Assembly: GCF_006345805.1 (NCBI RefSeq)
Contig: NC_043009.1
Coordinates: 1,426,001 to 1,490,000, forward strand
Direction of reading: 5' to 3'
Origin: Octopus sinensis
Lineage: Eukaryota
Length of the DNA stretch: 64,000 nt
Below are positions 49,208-62,870 of this stretch, in pieces. A program made the position numbers and the translations under genes. The stretch's first letter is position 1. Each line of letters opens with the position of its first letter. The notes beneath the pieces were generated by a model. The model was not told the origin of the DNA. It saw only the letters and a list, made by a program, of their open reading frames with translations, and searched no databases.

Positions 49208-49904
49208 AAGGCAGAGTTCCAAGTCGGTTTTAGGTATGATGGCTTAATCAAATGTAAATACTAAAAGATACCTACCACCAAATACCCATAATTCCCTGGG
49301 AGAAGTAAACCAGTTTGTTTTGTTTTCTAATCTTTGCTATATCTGATGACTAATAAAACAAAAATGAAATCTAAGGAAGTTCATTGCAGTAAATCCTTAT
49401 CTCGTCAGCCAATCTCTCTCTGCTCTGCAGTCAAACTGTTGTTATCTTCTGCAGGTGTATGAAGTATTTGCAGGGGACTGTAATCATTTCTTTGAGAATT
49501 CATGAAATTATTTCATTGAACCACAAGTCAAGGAGTTTAGGCAACAAACAGGAGTATTCATTAACGAGTATTTTTCTTTTTTTTATCTAGAACAATAAAT
49601 TAGAACAGAGATATTAGGTTGTTGATTTTTTTATCTAAAAAATTATCTGAGCAAAATGACTGACGAAAAACAAGCCATTCATAACTCAGTGAAATAGTCT
49701 CAAAACCTGTTTTATAAGTGACTGACCCAACATTAAGTTGCTGTTCTATGATAACAAACCTCATCGGTTTTTCTGAAGCATTCATAATTAAATTAAAACT
49801 ATAAGTGTGGAGCCTTTGTTAAGTTAAGTTCCAAACACTGACTTCATAGTGGTTTCTTATTTAGGCAGAAGGGCAGCATTTTTAGGGTACTTTAGGTTAT
49901 TGAT

Positions 49905-50180
49905 TCCACTAGGTATGGCCCAGTCTTTAGGGTGTTGCACTTATGATTGTAATATAGTGGTTTCAATCTCTGGATGGGGTGGTACGTGGTGTTCTTGAGC
50001 ACAACACTTCATGTTATGTTGCTTCAGTCCACCTGGCTGCAAAGAGGTAACTATGTGGTAGATTGATATCTCGTTCAGGGAGAATGCAATGACCTTGGTT
50101 ACTTATACATCGCAGAAACCAAGTCACCAGCCCCATGACTACCAAGACTCAAAACAATGTACAACGGATGATGATGAAAG
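49905..50180 (+). mobile_element. old degenerate tRNA-SINE
   Basis: TGGCCCAGT, GGTTTCAATC, GTGTTCTTGAGCACAACACTT, CAGTCCAC. Confidence 0.5.
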
Positions 50181-50864
50181 AGATAGGTAACATCAGCAGG
50201 ATTTAAACTCAGAAAGTAAAGGGCTGAAACAAATACTGCAAGGCACTGCATTTATATAATGTATAATAATAAATTTGTTTACGAGAGATATATAATGAAC
50301 TTATTATAGTAATGCTCAGGTGTTCTGCAACTTCTGAGAAAAAGTAACAAAAGGTGCATGAACAGTGCATAGAATAATGCACAGGAAGTGAACAGTGAAG
50401 GAAACTTTAAAAAAAAAAAAGGTGGGGCATATACATTAGGTGTACTAGTGAGGAATTTTGGGAAGCATGGAAGCTAACAATTGATGTGGGTAGTTTATTC
50501 CATGCTTTAGCAATTCTGAGCATGAAAAAACGTTTCTGAAAGTCAAGGATGGAGTGTTTTTTTTATTTTGTCCACTAGGGTTAAACATGGAATTCAAAAA
50601 GATGCCCAATGCTGCTGGAAAGATGGTGGGTAATCTTGCAGGTGTCTACCAAGTCGGTTAGATGACAGAGCTTCAATGTGTCCGTGCCCAAAATTTCACC
50701 CATTCATCATCAACATTGACTTTGTAATGAAAATAATAAATGTATAAGTCTTGATAAGTCTATATGCCACGGGGGTGAGAGGGCCTGATGTTTCAGGATT
50801 GACTGTTTGAGAATGTGGAACCTTAGTCAAATTTATAATATTTCACCTTGTTTGAATACCTGAC

Positions 50865-51245
50865 ATGCAACCCGAACAAGACACTGTTTTTAGAGTGAAC
50901 TGGCAGAAGGCATTTGCATGCAGAGTGGGCAGAAAGAGCACTTCAAGGATACATTCAAAGCCTCACTGAAAAGCTTCAAAATCAACTCCGACATTTGGGC
51001 AACAGAAGCAAAAGACTGCTCTGCCTGGTAAAGATGCTCCAACAGTGGTGACATCTCCTACAAATAGAACAGGATTGCAGGGACACAGAAAATTCAAACT
51101 ACACAAGTTCAGTTCCAACAGACCATCTGTGCCCAACTTATGGCAGAGTCTTCTGAGCACACATCGAACTGACTGACCACAGCTGAATACACCAACCCCT
51201 GTCGTCTTCTCCTATGGGATGTCCTTGGTTGTAGTCAACAACAGC
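50865..51245 (+). mobile_element. RTE (BovB-like) LINE 3' fragment
   Basis: GQKEHFKDTFKASLKSFKINSDIWATEAKDCSAW, matching the RTE C-terminal GGQ.KR.KD.LK.SL..W...A.DR..W pattern, followed by a decayed zinc finger. Confidence 0.8.
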
Positions 51246-51439
51246 AAACTAAAGAGAAACTTATTTTATCAGATCTCTCCATATTTTTTATTGTTTTTCA
51301 AAATTAATTGAAATGCCCAGGGGCAGTGTTTTTTTATTAATGGTGGACTCTAGAAAGGGTTTAAACTTATGTTTGTCATGAAGGGACACCCATTGATATA
51401 TTATGAAGAGAGTGAGGGGAAGAGAGAATGTGTGTGTGT

Positions 51440-51475
<36 letters not shown>

Positions 51476-51812
51476 GTGAGAGAGTATGGATGAATGAGAA
51501 GTGAGAAAGAAGAGGGTAAGAGAGTGTGAGCATGGATTACTGAGAGAGGGAGAGAGAGAGAGAGAGGGGTAGGAGAGTGTATGTATGTGTGAAAAGAGGA
51601 AGAGAAGGAGAGGAGTAAAGTGTGTGTGTTAATGAGAAAGAGAGATAAGAGTGTGAGTGTGTGCGTGTGAGCAAAAGGGTATGAGTGACTGAGAAATAGA
51701 GAAAGGGTAAGAGGGTGTGTTTATGGGTTATTGAGAGAGAGAGAGAGAGAGATAACAGAGAAAGGGTATGTTTGTGTGTGTTTGTGTGTGTGTGTGTATT
51801 AGTGAGAATATA

Positions 51813-51843
<31 letters not shown>

Positions 51844-52570
51844 GAGAAAGTGTGTGTGTGTTACTAAGAAAGTATGGAGAATAGAGATAAGAATGTGTGG
51901 TTGTGTTAGCGAGAGAGTAAAGGTGAAGGAAAGGGCATGAGAGTGAGAGAGAGAGTGAGTGAGTGAGTGAGAGAGAGAGAATGAGTGAGTGAGAGAGAGA
52001 GAGAGAGAGTAAAGGCAAGACTGGACAGCTCTTTGCTGACAATAAATTTCTGTGATTTTTGATTTAATATGAAAATGAAGTGGAATGAGACACTCAATCG
52101 TTGGTGCATCAAAAAAACCAAGAAACAAAAACAACAGAAATGTCTTTGCGGCCATTTACTTATGTCATTCGAAGCTCGAGTGCAAATCACACAGGAATTA
52201 ACTCTTTGCCTTTCATCTTCTTGGAAGTCGGTGGTGTTGGTCGTGGGTGGGTGGGTCTTGGTACATTAAAGTAACAGAGAATCACTGCGTCAGTAGAACT
52301 GACTGCATGCTCTTGAAATATAGTTGCGGCATCGTGAACAATCAATATTATGTTTGCAGAATCGGTGGAGCAACCAATAGAATTATTTGCAGTGTTTAGT
52401 TATCCTTATGTTCTGGGTTCCAGTCTCACCGAAGCCAAGTCAATTTTCACCTTTCAGTTCCCCAGGGCTCAATAAAAATAAACTTCCAGTCAAGTACTTG
52501 GGGGAGCAACCTAATCAACTGCATCCTCGTTAAAAATAATTGCAGCAGTTTGCTTATGTTTGCAATCATA

Positions 52571-52962
52571 GGCATAGGAGTGGCTGTGTGGTAAGTAGCT
52601 TGCTTACGAACCACATGGTTCCAGGTTCAGTCCCACTGCGTGGCACCTTGGGCAAGTGTCTTCTGCTATAGCCTCGGGCCGACCAAAGCCTTGTGAGTGG
52701 ATTTGGTAGATGGAAACTGAAAGAAGCCTGTCGTATATATGTATATATGTGTGTATGTGTGTCTGTTTGTCCCCCCAAAATCACTTGACAACCGATACTG
52801 GTGTGTTTACGTCCCCCGTACCTTAGCGGTTCGGCAAAAGAGACCAATAGAATAAGAACTAGGATTACAAAGAATAAATCCTGGGGTCGATTAGCTCGAC
52901 TAAAGGTGGTTCTCCAGCATGGCCACAGTCAAATGACTGAAGCAAGTAAAAGACTAAAAGAA
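52571..52962 (+). mobile_element. full-length SINE A1
   Basis: Collinear with 27880-28253. Confidence 0.9.
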
Positions 52963-53027
52963 TCAATGTTATATCGGTAGAACTGATTGAGGGGATGAAC
53001 AAAATTGTTGGCCGATGCCAGTCACTT

Positions 53028-53222
53028 TGAACCTTTCAGCATTATTTATTCACATCGTTTTGAATTAATCAGGCAATTATCTCATAACTTCAAAATTTCG
53101 ATGCTGCAATTATTTTTAAAACGACATTGTAGGTAGGTGTGAAAGGCTGGATCTGGCCAGTTTGAACATAAAAAAGTAGGATATTTGGGCCAGATATGGC
53201 TGGTTTAAATGCTAAAGGTTAA
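53028..53222 (-). mobile_element. piggyBac-like MITE (family F)
   Basis: Ends AATGCTAAAGG-TTAA. Confidence 0.65.
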
Positions 53223-53863
53223 AGGCGGTGAGCTAGCAGAATCGTTAGCGTGCCAGACAAAATTCTTCATGGTGTTTCTTCTGACTTTTTACATTCTAGG
53301 AGGTGTGTGTGTGTGTGTGTGTGTGATAGAGAGAGAAAGAGAGATAGTATAAGTAAATGAGAGAGTGAGAATGGAGAAGGGTAAGAAGGGTGTAGTTATT
53401 CTGAGTTCAAATTCCATCAAGTTTGACTTTACCTTTTAACCTTTCAGAATCAATAAAATCAGTACCAGTTGAATACTAGGGTCAATGTATTTGACTAATT
53501 CCGTTCTTCAAAACTTCAGAAAGGATTTAGTCAGCTTTATGTTCCAAGATCAAATCCCACAAAGGTCAGCTTTTACTTTTACTCCCTTCTTCCAAGGTTT
53601 GTTAAATAATGCATCCATTGACTACAGGGGACAATGTAATCAACAGCATGATTGGTGCCAACAAATGTGGCACTTTGCCTATGTTAGTAATCAATATTAC
53701 ATCAGCAGAGTCCATAGAGGGATAGGCAAAATTGCTTGCAATATTTAGCTAGCTTGAGGTTCTGAGTTCAAGTCCACCTGAGGCCAATTTTGCCTTTCAA
53801 CCTTCTCAGGTTTGATGAAATATATAATATCTGCCAAGTACCTGTGTCAATGTAATCGACTAT

Positions 53864-54156
53864 TGTTTGTTCCTTCTCAAGCCATGCCTGGCTCATTAAG
53901 GCAGGTTTCCTGGTTTCCTTGGCGTATAGGTTCCCCATCTGGACGGGACACCGGTCCGTCGCAGGTGAGCTGCAAGATGCTGGAGGAAAGAGTGAGAGAA
54001 AGTTGTGGCGAAAGAGTCAGCAGAAGTTCGCCATTACCTTCTGCTGGAGCTGTGTGGAGCTTAGGTGTTTCGCTCATAAACACAGACATCGCCCGATCTG
54101 AGATTCAAACCCACGATCCCTCGACCGCTGCTCTAACCACTAGGCCATGTGCCTCC
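53864..54156 (-). mobile_element. SINE C, tail variant 2, inserted in a SINE B with 14-bp TSD
   Basis: ATGTAATCGACTAT (53850-53863) / ATGTAATTGACTAT (54157-54170). Confidence 0.9.
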
Positions 54157-54182
54157 ATGTAATTGACTATACCTTGCTTTAA

Positions 54183-54404
54183 TCCTTTTGGTACCAACCC
54201 AGCTGAAACCACCTCTGACTCTGTGGTACAAATGTCATATTTTCAAAAGTTTTGAATTAAAATCTTCCACCAAACCTTAGTCACAATTTATGTTTCTAAT
54301 ACTAGCTTGATGATAACTAAGTTCTTTTACTAAATTCTTTATTATATTTAAAATTAATTGAAAGAAACGCAGAGCATTTTGACACAAATATGGTAACAAA
54401 AGGG
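54183..54404. mobile_element. piggyBac-like MITE (family G), copy 2
   Basis: TTAA at 54179-54182 and 54405-54408; collinear with 291-496. Confidence 0.75.
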
Positions 54405-54683
54405 TTAAATTTGAAACCTTATATCTATTTTAGCAATGAATATTAAAATGATAAGAGGTTGGATTAGTTGGTAAAATAGTTAGTGTTGAATAGAAAGCAT
54501 TGTGGCATTTAATTGCAACTATGTTCTGAGTTCAATTCCACCAAGTTCAACTTTACCTTTCATTCTCCAGGGTGGATGATTAAGTACCTGTCAGTAATTG
54601 AGGTCAATATCATCAGCTGTATCCCCTCTGGAATTTGAAACCCTGTATCTATGTTACCAATCAATTATTATTCCTTATGTGAA

Positions 54684-55260
54684 TAGGTACAGGCATGGCT
54701 GTGTGGTTAAGAAGTTTACTATCCAGCCACATGGTTTCAGGTTCAGTCCCAATGCATGACAGGGTACCTTTGAGCAAATGTCTAACCTCATGACAAACGA
54801 GGCCTTTTGAGTGGATTTGGTAGAGAAACTGAAACAAACCGGTTGCACGTGCATGTGTGTATGCATGTGTGTCCACTTACATGTATGTGTACATGTGTGT
54901 GTGCATGTGTGTATGCACTTACATGTGTGAGCACATGTGAGTGTGCATGTAGGTGTATATATGTGTGTGTGTGCACTTGCATGTATGTGTGAGCATATGT
55001 GAGTGTACACGTGTGTGTATGTGTGTGTTCAGCTTGTCACCATCACATGACAGTTGTGGTTGTCACGATCATACGAGCAGTGTCCCTGGTTTCCAGTCTT
55101 CTCTGTAAACATGACCAAGCCATGCGGAAATCTATTGCTTGGAAACAAATGAGGGTTGGTGACAGGAAGTGCATCCAGTCTGCCTCAGGGAATTTGATCA
55201 AATCCATGCAAGCATGGGAAAGTGGACAAAAACACACCACTGCCACCAACATTGATGACG
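54684..55260 (+). mobile_element. SINE A2 (A head plus RTE-like tail)
   Basis: A head, CATGTG-rich spacer, GGTTGGTGACAGGAAGTGCATCCAG..CCATGCAAGCATGGGAAAGTGGAC. Confidence 0.7.
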
Positions 55261-56057
55261 ATGGTGATGATGACGCAAAAAGGGATCAAGGAAAAAGTAG
55301 ATGATGGGAAGGGTGTTGTTTTTAATCAACTGTATCTTTTCCTAAAGCATGTGGCTCCATGTTGATATTGGAAATTGATGCAAGGAATAACGAAAGCAGA
55401 GATGTAAATGGCTGGAGAGATCTAAGTCTTGGATCAAATTCTTCAGTGTATAATTAACAATAAATGGTTGAATTTTTGGTTCCCGGCAAAGTCTGGTGCT
55501 GGAAAACAGCATTTTCTTTGAGAAAGACAGAAATTAATTTGTAAGATATCAAGCTGATAATTAATTAAATTAATTAGATTGTTCTGAGATAATGAACCAA
55601 TGAGACTGCAGTATAAATGCAATTTCAGTCGTAGCAACCGTGTTTGTGCATAAGTGCAGACTAAAAACAGCAACAAGAACAACAATAATGGCAACAGCAC
55701 AAACAAGAATAACAACAACAACAATGATAATAATACAAAACAACCAGAGAGAGGGTGTATGTTGTTGCCTGCTCTGCAAGAAATAGCTGTTAAATCACCC
55801 TGTAGTCTTAAATATGAGAAATGACCCCCATTAATGTAGTCTTACATAACCTTATAACAAAAGACTGGATGGTCACAGATAGAATGTCTTTGGTAATAGG
55901 TTTTCTTGATCAGGTTTAACTCAAGGCTAAACAACAACAACACAAGCTAACAAACCCAAGACTGTCCGACATCCTTTTGTTTTTAACTCTTTAACATTTA
56001 GATTACTGTCTTCAAACTAATGCTTATTTAGTCACATCGTTTTCAATTAATCATCTA

Positions 56058-56623
56058 TTGGGTTGTCCGGAAAGTTCATGCCGATTTATAGCAGCTTACA
56101 TTTCGACTTATTTTAGAACATGGTTGAGTCCATAAAATAGGATTTGACTAAACCTCCATCAAGAGCATAGTTTAAGCTATCTTTTCGTGGAAGAAGGTTT
56201 ATGTTCCTATAATCTGTGTTAATTCTGTTACCCTTTAAAATGGAAGATAAGAAAGTTCATTTTCGGCACTTGATGCTTTGAGAACCAGACAAAAATTGCT
56301 GCAGCTCGGCTGGAATGTGTTACCCCACCCTCCATATTCACCAGATATTGCTCCTTCGGATTTCCACTTATTCAGGTCTCTGCAGAATAGTCTTAATGGT
56401 AAAAGTTTCAATTCCTTGGATGACGTAATATGACACTTTGATGAATTCTTTGCCATGAAACCACCTCAATTCTGGGAAGAGGGTATTTTCAAGTTAAAGG
56501 AAAGATGGAGATGCATTGTGCAACAAAATGGTTCATATTTGGTTGATTAAAAATTCAATGGCAAGTATTTATTGACCTTTTTCTTTCCTTTAAAAATAGG
56601 CACGAAGTTTCCAGACAACCCAA
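56058..56623 (+). mobile_element. 566-bp internally deleted mariner with both TIRs and TA TSD
   Basis: TIR TTGGGTTGTCCGGAAAGTTCATGCCGATTT vs right end (4 mismatches in 30), TA at 56056-57 and 56624-25; MEDKKVHFRHLML joined out of frame to ..LPHPPYSPDIAPSDFHLFRSL..NGSYLVD*. Confidence 0.93.
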
Positions 56624-56639
56624 TATTTCCTCATTGCTT

Positions 56640-56865
56640 TGTACAGTACCACGTACAAAGCACTCATGCCTGTGCCAGGAAATAGCAATGGTATGGGTGC
56701 TATGTAAAAAGCATCCAGCACGCTCTGTAAGGTGGTTGGCATTAGGAAGGGCATCCAGCCATAGAAACGATGCCGAAAGTGACAATTGGGGTCTGGTGCA
56801 GTTCTCCAGCTCCTATGAAAATGTTCAACCCATGCCAGCATGCAAAATGGACATTAAATGATGAG
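56640..56865 (+). mobile_element. RTE LINE 3' tail
   Basis: GGTTGGCATTAGGAAGGGCATCCAGCC..GGACATTAAATGATGA. Confidence 0.8.
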
Positions 56866-57330
56866 ACAAAATGTGAGAAAGCACATCATTGCACCATGAA
56901 TGACTTCATCAGATTGTAAGACTCATGCCCTTTTGCATCGTTACGCTCCATCAGTTATGAATCTAATGATATCATTCATAGTTCAATGAGGTGTTTTCAA
57001 AAATATGGTATAAGGAGATATTCTCCTCCCAAGACTATTTCAACAGTGAAAGGTCATCCCACATCCAAATATCCATGAATGTGTTAGATATAAATGTCTA
57101 TGCCTTGAGTTTATTTAATGCTGCATTTTGTGATTCTGGTCAACTATTTCCAGCTGCACCAAATTAAACAATAGTTTTATTTCTCTTTTTTTTTTTTAAT
57201 ACAGAATTTTGATCTTTAAACAAAATTTTATTTTCTTAAACTTTCCGTGTGAAGCATTTTCTCTCATTTTTCTTTCTTTCATTTGTTTCAGTCATTAGGT
57301 TGCAGCCATCCTGGGACACTACCTATTTCT

Positions 57331-57556
57331 TTATTACCCACAAGGGGCTAAACACAGAGAGGACAAACAAGAACAGAGAAATGGATTAAGTCGATTATAT
57401 CGATTCCAGTGTGAAACTGGTATTTATTTAATCGACCCCGAAAGGATGAAAGGCAAAGTTGGCCTCGGCAGAATTTGAACTCAGAACGTAGCGGCAGACG
57501 AAATACAGCTATGCATTTCGCCCGGTGTGCAAACGTTTCTGCCAGCTCCCAGCCTT
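57331..57556 (-). mobile_element. SINE B, tail type 1, inserted into an A1 3' half
   Basis: Collinear with 18067-18294. Confidence 0.85.
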
Positions 57557-57724
57557 CCACTATCTGGAAGCGTTTAATCAAACAAATCAACCCCAGGTAC
57601 TTATTTTCTGAGTCTGGTACTTTTGGTTTCTTTCACTAATTTACAAGAACATAAGCAAACCAACACCAGTTGTCAAGCGATGATGGAAGAGGAACAAACA
57701 CAAAAGAGATGCACACATTACACA

Positions 57725-58095
57725 TCATCCTTTAACATCATCATTTAATAACTGTTTTCAATGCTGGCATGGGTTGGATGGTTTGAGAAGAGCTGGCACA
57801 TTAGAAAACTGTACCCAATTTCATCATCTGCTTTGGTATGGCTTCTATGGTTGGATGTCCTTCCTAATGCCAACCACTTTACAGAGTGTGTGTATGTGTA
57901 TTTATACACACATACATATACACACTTGCACGTGAAGGGCTGCCACACAATTTTTCATCAACCAAATTCACTCACAAGGAATCGGTCAGCCCCTGGTTAT
58001 AATAGAAGACACTTGCCCAAGATGCCATGCAGTGAGACTGAACCCCAAACCACATGGTTGCATAGAAAGTTTCTTAACCACACAGCCATGCCTTT
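57725..58095 (-). mobile_element. RTE tail (57725-57890) and SINE A head (57945-58095)
   Basis: Family-diagnostic blocks. Confidence 0.7.
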
Positions 58096-58600
58096 ATTTC
58101 TGTAAAATGAAATACAAAAGATTGGAACCCACAACATTAGACAGGAATAATTAAATTATTAACTCAGGGGATGGAGATTCCCAAATATTTTCCAGTTCTG
58201 TCAGTCTCTGTTCCTTATGGCCACAGCCCTAACCCCAATCCCTTCCATTCTTACTTCAGCCTCTGTACCCCCTCCTCATCAGTAACCCACCCAGAAAGAA
58301 GAATGGGTGATGGGGACACAAAAGATGCTGATAACAATAAAGACTCTGTTCCTTTGGCTGTCCCCCACCCCTACGGCTACCTACTCCTTAGAAATGTCAT
58401 TCATTTATTTATTCATTCACAAATGTCCCCCTTAAGGAGTATAAAAGTACCCCCTGGTGGGGGCGTAGCTGGGGTGGTGGGTGCATAACATTAGATCTCA
58501 TGACAGAGGAGCAATTGTCCATTTTGAAAGAAGGGATTCATCGAAGTTCTTACAATATATAGTCATGTACATATACACACATATATATATATATATGTAT

Positions 58601-58633
<33 letters not shown>

Positions 58634-58773
58634 CATATACATACACGTGTTTGTTCCATTGCACGTGTGTGCATATATGTGTAAAGAGAGAGAAAGAGAG
58701 AAAGTGAAGGAGACACACACATGCATATATATATATATATATATATACATACATACATGTATGTGTGTGTGTG

Positions 58774-58831
<58 letters not shown>

Positions 58832-58910
58832 TAGATACACATACACACAGCCATTGTGGAACATAGTCACACACATAATTACAGACCTTTTCTGCTCATC
58901 TGTCCAGAAC

Positions 58911-58945
<35 letters not shown>

Positions 58946-59152
58946 CCATTTTTTTTTCTTTTGCATAAACATTCCACTTAAGCAGTCTTAAGGCCCCCTG
59001 GTGGGGATAGCTCGGGAGGAGGGTGCATAACATATTAGATCCCACCCATGCTAGCTTAAAAGATGATGATGATAGGGTGTAGTAAAAAAATGGATTGACC
59101 AAGCCCATTACAATTCATAGTCACCCCCCACCACCACACACACAAAGCATAG

Positions 59153-59189
<37 letters not shown>

Positions 59190-59458
59190 GTTACATTAAC
59201 TCAGACACATACATACAGTCATACACACGCACGCTTCCTCCCCAAAAACCGCCATCCAGTGTAATTGTGACCAAAGGAGTGGCATCAAAGTCATTGCTCC
59301 TGTGACATGGCATATCCAGTTACAAACAACCTTACCCCCCACACCCCACCTTTGTTATAGTTACCAAGTTACTATGACAACAGATGGTAATCTAGGTTTG
59401 AATGAGTAATGAAATGATCAGATAATGAGGCTGTGTATGTCTGTGCGCATGTGTGTGT

Positions 59459-59538
<80 letters not shown>

Positions 59539-61563
59539 ATGTATGTGTGTATGTATGTATGTATGTACTCACATATGCACACAAACAGTACATATGTGTT
59601 CATTAAGGAAGCAACCATGATACTTCAAAAATAGTGAATTCCAACATTTTTGCTATCAAAGACCCTCTTTTAATTAAAATTTCCCAAAGACTCCATTCTT
59701 TATCGAGCAAGCCAGTGAGGGATCTTCTATGCATTACTTGTATAGGAAGAAATAGCAACCTAATCTCCCTCAAATGACATCGACTTGTCTTAAACAAAAA
59801 AAGAAAAATGAGGGAGAGAGAAATGCTGTGTGGGGGGGGGGGTGAAATACGAGCTTTTAATTTAAGGTGGTTGCTTAGCATAATCGGCGGAGCATCAGGC
59901 TAATGCCTCGTGGCAAATCTGGCTCATTGCATTCATTGTCAGCATTTTAATGTGCACTTTAGCATGCTGGTATGGGTCAGACAGAATTTGTCGAAGCAGA
60001 TTTCCTCCAGCTGAATGCTCTTCCTGTTGCCAACACTTATCTGTTTACGAGCAAAGAAATATTTTCTGATAGACAAACATGTTTCTCATGAAGTAACTGG
60101 TACAAAAGAGATAAGCATACAAGACAACCGGGTGTTGGAGGCTTGAGTTAATTCCTTAATACATATCAAAGTAGTTAGTTCCAGTACTTAGCAGCATAAA
60201 ATAACCAATAAGTTTTGAAGTGGTAGGGAGGTGAGGTAGAAACCCCACAGCGTGTCGAGATAGATGAGCCACAAGCTCGTCGATCGATTAGTGTCTACAT
60301 CTGAATGGGATAAAACAAAGCAGCGATGAAAGGGAACTAGATGTTCCGACATTTAGACAGCAACCGGATAAAAAGCTTTTGAAAAGTGCACGTGGTATTA
60401 CTCTGGGCAGAAGTTGCCATGTGCATTCTTCTGCCGTTAGCTTTTAAAGAGTGGAGGAATGCAGCACCAGTGTTGCTGCTACGCTGGGGCCAAGTAATTT
60501 GACTGCCCTGCTAATGCTTCACATCTATCAAATCCACTCACATGGCTTTGGCTGACCCATGGCTGTAGTATAAGATACTTAGCCAAGGTGCCATGCAGTG
60601 GGACTGAACCTGGAATCGTATGACTAGGAAGCAAACTTCTGAACCACACAACCATTCCATTAAGGTAGATGACTTTTCCTTTCCAGGATTGATTAATAAA
60701 GGACCAGCAAAGTACTGGAACCAATTCTTCTCTTCCTCAATACCTCTCTCTCTCTCTCTCCCATTTTCTTTCAGAGAAATGACTATGCTACATTATGAAA
60801 GGGTTCTGAGGGAAGGGGCCATCTTCCCATCCCTTTCCTCTATGAAATGAGATGGATCGGACAAGGGGCCAGCAACTGGTTCTCTAGCATGCTAAACAAA
60901 TTCTAAAGAAACCAGAGAACTCCGCAGACACACACGGACCGATATGTTGTATGGTGCTACAAAATGGTTTTTAAAAAAAAACCCAAATAAAAGACATTTC
61001 AATCTGTCGAATGGTATTCCTGTCGAGTTGACCAACTGTGACACTGGGAACTAATTAAAATATATTAACAATTATCAATTATATCTGATACTTTATATAT
61101 CACTAGGACACAATCACCCACTGTCAATTTATTACTCCATGTGTGCATGTGAGCATGTGAGCATAGGAATGTTTGTCTCAGTAAGTGGATGTCTCTATAT
61201 ATCCTTATGTGTATATTTGTAAGTTTGTTCTGTGAGTGTGTGTGTGTGTATGTTCATATGTGTTCAGTTTGAGTACTTATAAGTTTGTGTCTGTATATGG
61301 CTGTATCTCTATGTGTATCTTTTTGTATGTTTGTATGTGTATATCTGTGAGTCTGTACTTAAGTATGTGCATGTGTACGGTTCTTTTGTCTGTGAATGGC
61401 TACATGTTTGTTTAGTTGTGTGTGAATGTGTGTCTCACAGTATGCTACTTTTGCAGTGGATGGATGGATTCTCTGCGTGTGTACGTACCTGAATGGGAGA
61501 CAGGAGACAGAGAAAGAAAGATTGAAAGACAGAGACAGAATGTATGTGTTGTATGTATGTATG

Positions 61564-61594
<31 letters not shown>

Positions 61595-61654
61595 TTGTGC
61601 GTATATGATTGTTCTTGTTTGTCTATGTATGTGTATGTGTTTGTTTGTAAGTGA

Positions 61655-61693
<39 letters not shown>

Positions 61694-62061
61694 TCGTATT
61701 GAGTAATATGTCTTGTGAAAATGACCACCAACAATAGAGAACAAGCTGAAAGGTGGTTAGAGCCAGATATGGAAGAGGGAGAGAGAGAGAGAGGAGAGAG
61801 AGAGAGAAGTAAAAGGAGTGGAGGGGAGAGAGAGGGGTGTAAGAGTAGAAAAAGAGAGAGAGAGATACAGATATGTATGTAGAGAGAAAGATATTTAAGT
61901 AGAAAATAGGGAGAATAAAAGAATTAAAGGGGGAGGGAAGTTAAATAATAAGAAAGAGTTCGAAAGATTAATAAATTTAGAGATAATGAAAAACACAAAG
62001 CAAACAGCATGATATAATGTGTGTCTGTATGTGTGTGTGTGGTGTGTCTCTCTCTCTCTGA

Positions 62062-62222
62062 ATAGGCGTGGCTGTGTGTTAAGTAGCTTGCTTAACAACC
62101 ACATGGTTCTGGGTTCAGTCCCACTGCATGGCACCTTGGGCAAGTGTCTTCTACTATAGCTTCAGACTGACCAAAGCCTTGTGAGTGGATTTGGTAGATG
62201 GAAACTGAAAGAAGCCTGTCAC

Positions 62223-62253
<31 letters not shown>

Positions 62254-62425
62254 TATATATACATGCATATATATACACATATATATATACACACATATAT
62301 ATACACACATATATATACACATATATATATACACGCATATATATATACACGCATATATATATATACACACATATATATATACACGCATATATATATACAC
62401 ACATATATATATGTATATATATATA
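62062..62425 (+). mobile_element. SINE A head with expanded TA/CA spacer
   Basis: AGGCGTGGCTGTGTG head; 62220-62425 compound microsatellite. Confidence 0.85.
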
Positions 62426-62870
62426 TGCCTCATGGAAGTGATGACTAGTGACAGAGACTTTTGGTGATACGCTGTACCTGAGAGGATTCATGAAGCCAAC
62501 TGAAATCGTAGTCAAGACTGTTGTTGATGGCACCCATGAAATTGTAATTGTAGCCAGTGGTGGTAGGATGGTCTTCAAATATTGGACCTGATGGAGGTGA
62601 GGAACGAGGTGCTGAAGCATGAACTTTTAATGTTAAGCCTCACATGAGGTGATGCCAAATGACCGAGACCAGACCATAACAACACACTGTGCTTGAGAAA
62701 ACTTGTCAAGCCAAGCAAAACTGTAGTTGTGACCATTGCCCGTGTCACATAAATGGCACCCATGCCAGTGGCACATAAAAAGCACCCATCACACTCTTGG
62801 ATTGGTTGGTGTTAAGAAGAGCATCCAGCCATAGAAACCATGCCAAATCAGACTGGAACCTGGGGCAGCC
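62426..62870 (+). mobile_element. two RTE LINE 3' ends (ORF end plus UTR)
   Basis: [15 protein letters not shown] at 62426 and [27 protein letters not shown] at about 62610-62720, followed by the common UTR. Confidence 0.75.

Noticed and set aside
49343-49370. CTGATGA..GAAA hammerhead-like core (similar partial cores at 1037, 14044, 21271, 46106, 56906)
   Set aside because: No stem II pairing and/or no GAAA and stem III in the correct position.
60395-60430. Hairpin GGCAGAAG/CTTCTGCC as a pre-miRNA
   Set aside because: The stem is too short and the flanks do not pair.
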